From contig CDRNST010000013.1 in the NCBI GenBank assembly GCA_977016875.1, positions 1,860,001 through 1,924,000 of the forward strand: a DNA stretch of 64,000 bases, written 5' to 3'. This stretch comes from Pavona decussata. Its lineage: Eukaryota. The notes below the pieces were generated by a model. It was given only the letters and a program-made list of their open reading frames with translations. It did no database searches and was not told the DNA's origin. Below, one piece after another: positions 48,873 to 60,700 of the stretch (position 1 is its first letter; every line of letters begins with the position of its first letter). The translations under genes and the position numbers were made by a program.

Positions 48873-51221
48873 TTAAGGAGTGAAATGAAACCCTCGATTA
48901 ACTTTTAATTGCGGATTAGCGAACAACCGGGCCCAGATGTTTCCCACCAAAGGGCTAAAAATCAGGTTTTAGAAGGTCTTAAAATGCAAAATACACACAA
49001 GATTGGGTTTGGAGAAGTTGTAAACCCTGAGATGGGGTAAAATGGCACAGTTAGTAACTCCCTCGGCTATTCCATACCAAAATGAGTGGAGCCTAGAAGT
49101 TAACTACATGTATTCTAATATCAAAATTGCCAGTAACCCCAAATTGGGAACAGCCATTGATTTTCCATGTATTGTGTGGCTTTGTTTCCTTAAAGCTTTT
49201 CTATCAATAATTTGACAAACAATTATGATAATTTACAATAATAACACTCAATCTTATGCTGTATGAAGTTACTGAATCTAAAAAGATCCTGGATTATTTG
49301 CCACGCCATGAATATCACAGTTTTGCGTACAAAAGTTAACTGAGTCATGGCTAGTATTGTGAGGGATAAAATTATCAAGATTTGTAAACGAAAATTCTAA
49401 GTGAATTTTTTTATTCTGATGTACCAATATAAGCACAGCCAGTCTGTTGGGGAACGGCAACTTTCTTTTAGACGTCACAGGTAAAGGATCACAAACACAG
49501 GTCACTGTGATAATTGTATATAAACCAGCTAAACAGGGTCTCCTAGCTGTAACCCCATAATAAAAAGCTAATTCAAGCCTAGGGCACGCTAACCCTCTTG
49601 GTTTAACATATACCAGTACAACAGTGACCTGTACTTGTCACCTGTGAAAAAGACCTGTCCGTGGGCGAAAACCATTCGCTGCCACAATTTTCTTGGTGTT
49701 TACTCGAGTGACCTTTGTACATCATGATTTATTTAGTTCGCAGAGCGCAGTTCGTCTTGTGCTCGAAAGTTGACTACTTAAGTTTATTTTTAAGCCAAAA
49801 AACGTCTTTTTGAGTGTAAGGCGTGTTGGGCTAGGCCTGAAAAATGTCTGAAAAGGTGGCTCTGTCGTGTCGAGGTCGAGTTCGACCCTAAAGTTCACCG
49901 AGTTCGCCCCGTAATTTGATGTCTCAGGAAATGGCTCTAGAACAAAAGAATGACTTAAAAATATGACTTGAAAAGCTTTGTAATAATACTTAAAACAATT
50001 TTCTTTGGTCAACTGGTAATAAGCTTGAGTTTGAAATCTGCTTGGTTTAAGTTAATTATTACTAAAAAACGTCATGATTATGTTTCATATTTTTAGTTAA
50101 AATGACAGATATTGCTAAATTTGCTCACAGAAATGCTATCTTAATAAATGTTTACGCTTAGAAAAAATGTGGAGTCCTCCGAAGGTCGTCCATTTGTCCG
50201 GAAAATTCCCTTTCGATAACACGACGCTCCATTCGCATTTCAACTGGTTGAACCGGAAATTTTGGCCAACCCGCTCCGGGTCACCCGGTTAGGTTGGCAG
50301 GTAAACGGTCTGGCAAGGACTACGTTTTCACGGGTGTAAATATTTTCAAAATTTATGTTTCGAAGTGAAACGGTACCCTTTCTCCGAAGTAGTTTTCATC
50401 GTATAATAGAAGTATTCTTAGCTATTCTTTGGGATAAACGCCTTTTATTATGAAAAGCGTTCACAACAGTAGCTGCACTATAAGAATCATAACCGAAACA
50501 TGTTTTTTTTTTTTTTTTAGCAAAATTAGGGTTTCGATCTAAGTAGACAAACCCAATTACCGAGAGCGGTGAGGAAGTAACGCGAAAATTTGCTGTCATT
50601 TCAAAACCCAAAAATGTTTGACTGTCAGCAGAAACAACGAAATAATTGTCAAGTTTGTTAAAAATTATCACCCCAGTGCAATAAAACTGTCGATTAGTGC
50701 CTCTGGCCAGAGACAGAGTAGCCCGGTTTGGATTGAAACTTGAAAAATATTAGGCTAATGTTTTTCAAGTTCTCGCATTTTTGTTTCCAAAATGCGCTAG
50801 AACGGGTCACAAATTGTTTCTTTCAAGAATTGAGTTGATTTCGTTCCTCTCGTCATTCTAGAATTATTTGGCAGCTGATTGAAGGTCTTATTTCATCATT
50901 TTTAACAAAAGATATCAAAAACCTCATGATACTTCCCCTTTAAAGGGACTGACGAGTGAAATTAAAAGTCCCAGAAGGAACGCAACAGTAAGTTTGAGCT
51001 CCAATTTCGATTTAAATGTTATTACAAAATTTTTGTGCGGGTTGGAAACTTGTTTGTAACAAACACCTAATGTGAACAATACCAATACAAACGCGTTTAG
51101 TGGAAACTTGTTCCTGCAAGTGTGAACGCAGCTAAACCGATTCGTTGCTCCGGAGCTTTACAGACGGGATTGAGCCACTACAACAAACATTTTTTTGCAA
51201 TCTGTTGGCGTGAGTGAAAAC

Positions 51222-51227
51222 TTTATT
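51222..51227 (-). terminator. Candidate polyadenylation signal of FARSB
   Basis: AATAAA on the minus strand about 330 nt after the stop codon. Confidence 0.45.
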
Positions 51228-51553
51228 TTTTACTGCATTCTCATTTCATTCTGCTTAAGAATTGCTAGAGTCTTTACATTTCCCACTTGGAGAATTAATA
51301 AAAGTTTTCAAAAGAGCAGTCATTGAATTTGCATGTATCATATTTTCTACCTTTTAACGAAAATACTCGTGTACAGAACATTGAAGTTTTTCAGCATACT
51401 TTGTATGCCAAGTGTATTGTTTAAGTCTGTTCATGGCATATATTTAGTTCAAAATTCCTAATATTGTACTGAGACCTGCATACATTGGTGTTGCTGTTGA
51501 GGCTGTAACTGAGCCACACTATGCTAATGATTGTGGAAGCAAAATGTTCTCAT

Positions 51554-51705
51554 TCAAAGAAATTCCTCCACGTCCAATTCAAGAATTGCACATGGCAGAT
51601 TTAAATCAAAGTTGTTGACGACATCCGGATGTAAAACACCCATGATTCCTATCGGGTTTCCATTGGCGATGACCTGCGCACAACGGCCAGGGAAGAAAGT
51701 TTCAT
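51554..51705 (-). CDS. FARSB: FARSB terminal coding exon
   Basis: [50 protein letters not shown] then TGA. Confidence 0.95.
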
Positions 51706-54700
51706 CTGAAAACGAAAAGACAATCTGTAAGCCACAGGGCAGGCAGTCGCACTTAGGACACAGGTTTCCACACCGCTCGACCTTAAACAAGACGTTCTGC
51801 CCTTTAACTGTCAATCAACATGGCCGGTAGTTTCTTTGGCATTACCGCTAATATTTGATCGCTTTTTTACTAGACTTCAAAGTTGCATCTTACTTTGCTG
51901 TGGTGAAAGTTTTTTTTTGGTCAAACTACGCACATTGTAACACTAACCAAATGTGGTTATGGTTCACTCAACATTCGTCCTCCGTAGTCAAGAGATATCC
52001 TGCGATATACGTAATGTGTTGAATATTAAAACAGTCATCCTGCTCAATCTTGCGAAATATCGCCTGATTTTAGCCGACGAGGCCGTGGCTAAGTATCAGG
52101 CGATATTCCGCGCAATGTCGCGGGATAATTATTGTGTTTTAAAGCAGCACTTGTTGTTTAACGGAGTTTGTATCTCATGAAACAACAAGGATTATTACGT
52201 TTTTCTCCACTAGTCATATTCGCTGGTTCCCATGAATACTCCCAAACAAAGGGAGACAATGTGGAAGAAAGTTTCTTATCAAATAACATGAAGGCAGAAA
52301 GGATGACTGCTGGGACAAGCAAACACCAATGCTCTAGAGAAAAAGTGGCGGGCTTTTAAAAGCGTAATAAAACAAAACAGCAAACGCGAATTTCGTTACG
52401 TACCTTTTTGCTCCGACTAAATTGCTCTCAGAGCAGCGAGAAAAAAAAATTAAGTGATTTATTCAGGGAGAAACAGACTGTAACTAGTTTTTTAGCAATT
52501 TCTTAAAATACACGGAAAGAACTTGAAAAAAATGGCTAATGTTTTAAAGTTGCAATCCATCTTGGCCATCCGTGGCCAAAGATAACTAACACTAGTTCTT
52601 GTGTAGTAGTACGGAAAACCGAACCATTATTTTCACGATTCGATCGGTCGATACATATATGTTTCTTCGCCATTCAAGTAGGTGACAAAATAGGTGACAC
52701 AGCCCCTTTAACTGTGATACTGAGACAGGGTTGCCACTCATTATAATTAAAACAAAAAATTCCCTGATTTCTCCCAGACTTTTCACTGACGATCCAAGCA
52801 AGACAAATCCTTTGGCAATAAAGCCAGAGACAAAACCGACGCTAGACATCTATTCCTTCGAAAACATGTTTTGAAACGATTGTTTCCCAAACTTCATGGC
52901 TAACCAAAAATAAAATTTCTTGACATTTCACTGACCTCGAGGTAAAATTTAGAATCCCCCTGATTTGATACAAAATTCTCGCTTTCCCCTCGACCCGGGA
53001 TAAAACCGGTTTATTGAGGAAAAATACAGATTGACTGGCAATATTTCATTCCGCATCACGTGTATCAAAGACTGCACCATTCAAAGTAACAGATTATGAG
53101 ATATTATAATCAATGTTAAGATACCTTCATGAGCCTTTAAGAAATACCCGCGTGTTGAGGTTTTATCTTCGGTGTATGGTACTTCAAGAAGTTGCATGGT
53201 GCGATCCAACAAGCCATGAATGACCTAGAAAATTAACACAACATGGCTTAAACTGAGCATAGGAATTACCTACAAAACATGGCTTTATTTTAACGGAAGA
53301 CCCTTAAAAAAAATTTGACCCCCAATTAAACTGCAATTTGAATCTGCGGACAAGAAACTACAGAGTAAACATGTACATGAGAACTGCAAACCCTGTAGTG
53401 CTTCCTATTATATTGTAAGAGGTTGTTCTAGGCTTTTTTTTTCTTTACAGACTCAATCTTTGAGGTGACCATCCAAATGAAAAACTCTTGAGCGGTGGTC
53501 CGTAATAGCGAGGCGGGGTTGATTGCACTGCTTTGGACACTGTGAAATATGGTTCTAAGTGCGTGTTTTGATCCGAAAATAAAATACGTTGAAAAGCTAC
53601 TGAGAATTCCTCTCCTGGGTGCTGTTTGTTCCTTAAATTCTCAGCCCAGTTTGAAATTACAGCATTATATTTACAAGTAACAGAAAAGTGAACCAAAAGA
53701 TCAGGACAATAAAAGAGTGAGTGAAGCTGTCGCTTTCCCTCACCTCAAACCCTGGTGTCTTGTTGTAGTTTACGGCACAAAAACGGCGATGATTTCGAGC
53801 CCCGACGTCTAAGAAGAAGAAAAAAAACCCCGACAGTTACAAACTATCTACGACAGGCGTAAGCAAAGCAAGAAGGCGAAGAAGAGCCTCAGTGAGGGGA
53901 TTCACAAATCATATGAAATGCCAGCTAACATTTTAGTAAAGCCAAGCCAACAACAGCTGGTAAATTCAGGGAATCAGATTCCGTCCCCAAAAACTTTCTT
54001 CAATTTAAAATTTCAGCTAAAGCATCTGAAAAGATCAAACTGTTTTAGCTTACACAGACAATGTCTTTAAAACGCCACCAAACGATCTGGGAACAATTAC
54101 ACAGGAGATAACATATTAAGTATTTTGTTACATTGTTTTTCTTGGAACACCTTGTTGTTGCGAAACTCCTCAAATTACCTTTCTGATCATCACTGTGTAC
54201 CACATCCGAGATTTCAAAAAGTTTCATTGGCAACGGCATCTTCTTGTTACAGCTAACCGTTTTTAGGAGACCGGGAATAAGTGTTGTCCTAGCAACCTGA
54301 AATGAGATCATATGGATATTTCTTTTCAGGAAAACGAACTGTTTTACACGTAGAAGTATGCAAGCCAAAAGGAGATTTTGTTCTCTCTGAAATAAATTTT
54401 GGTTGTTTGAAACTTGGGACGGATTTAGGAAGCTCTCGTGAGGTTGAATCCTTTTCAAAAAGGTAGATGCTTTTGTTTCACAAATCAAACTCCCTCGTCT
54501 CTGTACTAGCGTTGTGTTTTGTAAAGTCCGCCATTATCTCCCTCCATCCAAGTGTATAAACACAGGCACCATTCCCAGTAACCGATTGGGCCAGGAGGTA
54601 ACAGTGCAAAAGACTGAACTCCAATCCAAGGGTCCCGCCAACTTACCAGACCCCATAAATATTTGTTCAGACTCAATTGCTACTTTCTGAAGAAACCTGC

Positions 54701-57700
54701 CCCACTTGTTTCATAGAATTCTAATTATTTTTATATCTAGCTTTCAAAATCAATAAAAATCTTCGAATCTTTGTTGAAGAGCATTGTACACAGACCTCAG
54801 GTTCTGGGCCCAGTAAATTATTGAGACTTCAAGAGAAACGGGCCACAGCAATGCTCCTTGTTGTGTCATGCTAAAGAAACCCGAAATAAGCTGGTAGAGT
54901 TGGTCGCTACGGAAAGCAACAAAACCGACTTTACCTTACATGAGATTTTAAAAATCTGATTCTAAATCAAAACAACTTTCCTATTGGCTATTTTTCCTAT
55001 TCTTCTTATCACCAAATATCATATTTTCGCAACGAGTATCTGCAATGACAGGCTGAGCTTTGAACGCTTTCTTTTACGCCTGAATAACAAACTAGACGTT
55101 CTACGTAAAATAGCCACAGCGAGCAAATCGCTGCATAATTTTGAAATCTCTTGGGCACCCTTACTATAGACTTAGATAGCTTAGTTTTGTAATGTAGTTC
55201 TTGTTTTTGTTTTTGTTTTTTTTTTTTTGCAATAACGTATCATTGTAATCTATTGCAACCCCATTGTACGTAGACGCTTGTATTCTTTTATTTAAGTGCT
55301 TTGTATTCTGTATTTTTTTCTGTGCTTCCTAGTATTGTTAATAATGTAAGCGTAGTAATTATTGTTAGTACTGTAAATATTGTAATTATTGTAAATAGTA
55401 TGTTATGTAAATCAAATAGCGGCTGCCAGAGGCGCCTTCACATGCTGACGTCCGATCTCACTCCATAGAAATGTAAACCGCCATGAGCCTTGGTGATATG
55501 TGCGGTATATGAGAATTCATTCATTCATTCAATAAAAATTGCTAAAAAAAAAAAAACTTTCCTATTGGCAACAAGCCCGTGTGTTCCCACCAATCACTAT
55601 AAGCACTGAAAAAACAAATGCATAATAAGAAGCACACTCAACCTGGAATTCAAGTGTCTTCGGATTGGCGATGTGAACCGCTTTGGATGATGACAAGGGC
55701 TTCTTAAGCTTCTCTGATACGTCATCACGGGAACACTGCAAGAGAATACAACAACACTTAAAATGGCAACAACGAAACATAAAGGAAACACAGTGCCTCC
55801 TGATAAAGAAGTATTTTTGCGTGGTTTCTTACTACGGGCGAAAGCAGGTCTTAGCAAGGGCTACTGAAATGGACAAACAAAAGTGGGGGTAACCACACAT
55901 TTTTTAGAGATAATTAAGCAGCAATAATTCTAAAAAGCTTTGAAATACATGACAATGTTTGGCATTTTTGTTTCAAATTGAAGCTTAATTATCTTTGGAA
56001 AATGCGTCGTTACCCCCAATTTTCATTTTGGATTTCAATAACTTTTGCTAATATCTTCTTTTCCCGCATATTCATAAACCGCGAAAAATACTTTTGAATT
56101 ATAAGGGTCTCTTTGACCATCCCGAGATGCGCAGAACGTATGCGCAGCAGAAAAAGGAGACATCATCCTTAAGGAAGTTATACATTGTGGATCATCAAAA
56201 CTGGATACAATTGTCATGGCAACGGAGAAGTTCAAATTAATTAAATAAATCATTGAAAAATTCCAAATGGTAGCCCCCAATTCGTAACCTATTGTTTCAC
56301 ACTGGTAAGCAATACAAGAAAACCTGAAAACATGAAATAACAGACAGGAAAACCAGGAGCTGTTGCAGGCTATACTCTGCGAGTCTGTTCACATTCGTGT
56401 TCCATGCAGCACACAACTCGTGATGCCTCGCCAGCTCACAAGATGGAACTGACCATGAGGTAAGAGTACATGTATGGGCAAGAGTACAATGTTCAATACT
56501 TCAAATTGAATATTTCACCGGTAGAGAAAACAAAATGAGATTCATGCGGCTAATGATAACCAATGTCACGTGAGTTAGATTTCAAAATCGTACTTGTTTT
56601 CAATCTCCTGAAGATCTTATTTATGGATCCCTAGCTATAAATCAGAAACAACAGGAATTTTTCTTACCAGTGCAAAAGTGAGGACCTCAGTGAATCCTGC
56701 TTGTGCTATTTCTTGTCTCAGCAGATCACAGAGTGTGTTCAGCTTGAACTATGAAAAGAAGGCAATGATTTGATTCAGTACACTTCTTTGTGTTAAAATA
56801 ACTTCCTCCTTTGCAATAAGCACCCTTATTTAAAGCTGATTTTGCGGAAATGCACCTATTGTAATTAAGGGTTCCTTCCTTGGAGAGATGTATGTTTCGT
56901 GAGAATGACAGTGAAGATAAAGATGTAGAAAGGAAAGTGTCTTCTGTAATTCCCTTCACTCTTAGATGCTTTTATTACTGAACGTTCACAGCATTCACTG
57001 GTTTTGCTCATGTTGAATCTATATGTTTTTAAATCTTCAGGCCCCAATTGTTCAAAGGCCGGATAACTTTATCCAGTGGATAAGTCACTATCCAACAGTT
57101 TCAATCTGTTCAAAGATTTCAGCATTTTGTCGTGTACAAGCGAATATGCACTCTCTAACCACAGTCTAGTCTAGGAGTGTACGAAAACCTTGGACAACGT
57201 TAAACGTGAAGTATATTTTAGACCCCGAATAGTGCCTTATCCAGCGGATAAAGTTATCCGGCCTTTGAACAACTGGGGCCAGATGCTTAGGTCAAACTGA
57301 AATAAGCACCCTGGCCCTGTTAAACATCCTGACTCTAATAACCACCTTCTTTTGAGTAAAGTAAAATTACCACCCTCGGACACTAAATCAACTCTTTACA
57401 GTGTAAAGTGTAATGCTGTAAGAATGGATTTCCTTTCAATATAACATTATTCAGACAACCCAGTTATTGGCACACTACCCCCAGCCTAAAGTAGCCAACA
57501 CTCCAGGTGTCCTGTGGGATCTCATGCAATGGAGTTTGCATAGAACCAACAACAAGATGAACATGTCAGCTAATTAGGCAAATGAAAGAAAGGGAGAAAT
57601 AAGAAGTCAGCTATTTAGACTGCATTGCTGGCGGGATGTTGGGTGAGCAAGCAGCAAAGCTGTGGGAGGAAGGGGAAAATGGAGTTTGGAAGGTATTCCG

Positions 57701-60700
57701 TCATGGCTCCACCACCAAAACTTTAGATTTGTGTGTGCATAAAAAGGGCCTGTGAATTCATGCATATTTGTCTCAATTTTTATGACAAATAACTTCTTTT
57801 AGGCCAGTAACTTCTCACTTAATGCACACCAATTACAGTCTGTACCTTCTTGTGCTTGTCATGTGGGATGTAACTCCTATTTAAGAACAAAAACATGCTT
57901 TTGAAAAAGGAGTGCTGGCAGTAAAAAAGAGTTGTTGATACATGGATTCGTGTATACACATTTCATAACATTTGACCATTGGGCATTTGAGGTGTTACCT
58001 GGTTCGCAATAGTATTGGTTGGTGGTATGGTCTTGACAACGTTGTTGAATCCATGAGAAATGGCTACATCTTCAATAATGTCGCACTCATGGATAATGTT
58101 TGTAAAACGTCAAGGAAACTTGGGTGATACATGAAAGAAAAAGTTATACACTGCAATGTGTTTTAATGGGGTGTGCAGGGAACTTCCACTTTAGAAATAA
58201 AAATAATGTTGAACTGTTGGAAATATTGTGCAGTCTGAATTCAGATTTAATTTTGTAAATATGAAGCTTCAGTTTCAGACAAAATAAGGATGTGATTATC
58301 ATCTGTTTCTCTATCAAACTACGAGCACAATGCCATTTTTGATCTCATGATGTCATTTGGTTGTCCATCTACATGTATTGCACATGTACTGCTTCCTGGC
58401 AATGGTGGCAATCACATAATGTTAAAACAAATAAACGAAAAGTGAATGACAATGTGGAAATTTAAAATTAGAAAAAAAGCAAAACCTAGCTATAACCACT
58501 TTTTTAAACCTAAACTGCTTCTTTCACTTGTTTGAACAAACTGAGATTTAGACACTTCCACTAATTAAATGTCAGTTTGTTGTAAGAGAGTCAGTTCAAT
58601 CTTCTGATTGAAATGACTACAAAAATACAGTTACAGTACCGTGCAAATGTAAGTTGACAGTCTCGACTCGAAACTCGATCCTCGATCCTCGAAGCTTTCG
58701 AGAATCGAGTATCGAGGTTCGAGGCTCGCGTTTCGAGTATCGAGTATCGAGACGCTCGAAGAATTTTTCGAGGATCTCGATAGCAGATTTCGAGGAAACG
58801 ATTAATTTCTCGAACCTCAAACAATAAGAGAGAACAAAAGCGATTTTCGTATGGTGCTTGCATGTAGTCTTTTCTTAGTTTGGTCGAAAGTTGAAGTAAA
58901 TCAAATCAGCAGCAGTGAGTGTTTGATAAATCTGTTTCGGCGCGTTTCTTCCTTCCGCGTATTATTTTTAAAACACACCCGTACGCGTTGTTGTGAAATT
59001 AAAACATGCTTAAATTTTTCATATGCTACACCAATTCTTGTTAATCAAACTAAAATACAAAGAAGCGAACTAAACTACAAGATTGCGGCTCTTTCGCGGA
59101 ATGTAACACGATCGCTTCTGAAATATGTTCGCTGCGCAAGTAGTACGCCGCAAGATTTACTTGATTGTACTTGAATCTTTCGGATGAAAACTTCGAAAAA
59201 AGCATTTCCCTATTTAAAAACGCACAAAATTTACGGTATCATTCGGCAAGGAACCGGGGAAACTTCGACGAGGCCGTTCGCTTGCCTTAGAGCAGATTTT
59301 GAAAATCGCCGTGAATGTTTACATCTTCGGCGCAGCGTTACAAATTTGCATAAATACTATCGAGCTAATGTCAAAAGGCAATGTCACGTTTTCTTCATTT
59401 TCTATCAACTAATTTCGGATTGTAACCGTGTCTTCCTCTGACAGATGACTGGATTACTTGTTCACTAAACCCAGTTTTAACAGTGAAGGAAGCGAAACTA
59501 AAAGATTGCGACTTTTTCGGCCGCTGTTTCACAAGCCGAGAATAGAAACGCGCGATCGCTTTTAACAGGTCTCGCTAAACCAGTACGCTGCACATAATTA
59601 GTATACCTGCCAACTCTCACGCATTATGCGTGAGTCTCACGCCTGCGGACTAAAGACATCGATCTCACGCATCAAGGACAATTTCTCACGCCTGACTCAC
59701 AAATCCGGACGAGTTGTTCTAAAAAAACTCCATTTCATTTGAGATTTGTTATGTATTATTTCTTTGCTCTTTATAACAATCGTAAAAGCTTTCAAATCAC
59801 TATTGAATAAAAACATCTGAAAATGCTATGAAAAACCTGTGAATTACACTGGGAAATGTGTACAATCCATTCGTATCGTGAGCGATCAAAGGTCGTCGGA
59901 ATATCTTCGGACATTTTGGGCAACGTTCGGAAGTCTTCGGAAAATTACCGGAAATCTTCGGAAGTGGCTCGTACGTTTTCGGAAATCCCGGTCATGACGA
60001 GACAAAAGTCTCACGCTTTTGACTCAGAAAAAGTTGGCAGGTATAAATTAGGCTTGATAGTACTTTAAACTTTCGAATCAAAACTTCGAAAACAGCATTC
60101 CCTTGATTAAAAACACACAATACTTTCGATTGTAATCGGCAAGGAACCGAGAAAACGGTTGAAGGGCGAACTCTTTCCAGCTCTAGCATACACGTGCGCA
60201 CATCGCTCTAACAAAAACGCAAACACAGTTGGCTGTCTCTGCAGAGTTGGTTCCTGTAAAAAGGAACCGAACTGTGTCGTCGGATAGGACGTGTGAAAAA
60301 CTAATCACGCGAAAAGTTCTTTGTTCCCTGTCTCGAAACTCGATACACTCGACTCGAGCCTCGATCCTCGAAGCTTTCGAGTTTCGAGGATCGAGGATCG
60401 AGTCTCGAAGTTCGAGTTTCGAGGGACTGTCAACTTACATTTGCACGGTACTGTAATAGACAGATAGACCTAGTGGATTACTATGACATGAATAATATGA
60501 CATGAGAATAAAGATTAATACTGATAACAAAGATAAACAAATAATGAAATGTTGGTTTATGTTTGCTATAAGAACCTATACATCAAAGGATATCTGCTCT
60601 TGTCGGAGGAATTTCTACTCTGACACTTTTTCCTTCATCAATGACTTCACTCTCCAGGCACATCCGCGTCAGCAAATCAGCGACACGCTCTGGAGACTCC

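Larger units (their letters stand above)
58100..60593 (-). other. U12-type (minor spliceosome) intron of FARSB
   Basis: 5' site ATATCCTTT and branch site TTTCCTTGAC (58109-58118) close to a non-AG 3' end. Confidence 0.88.
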
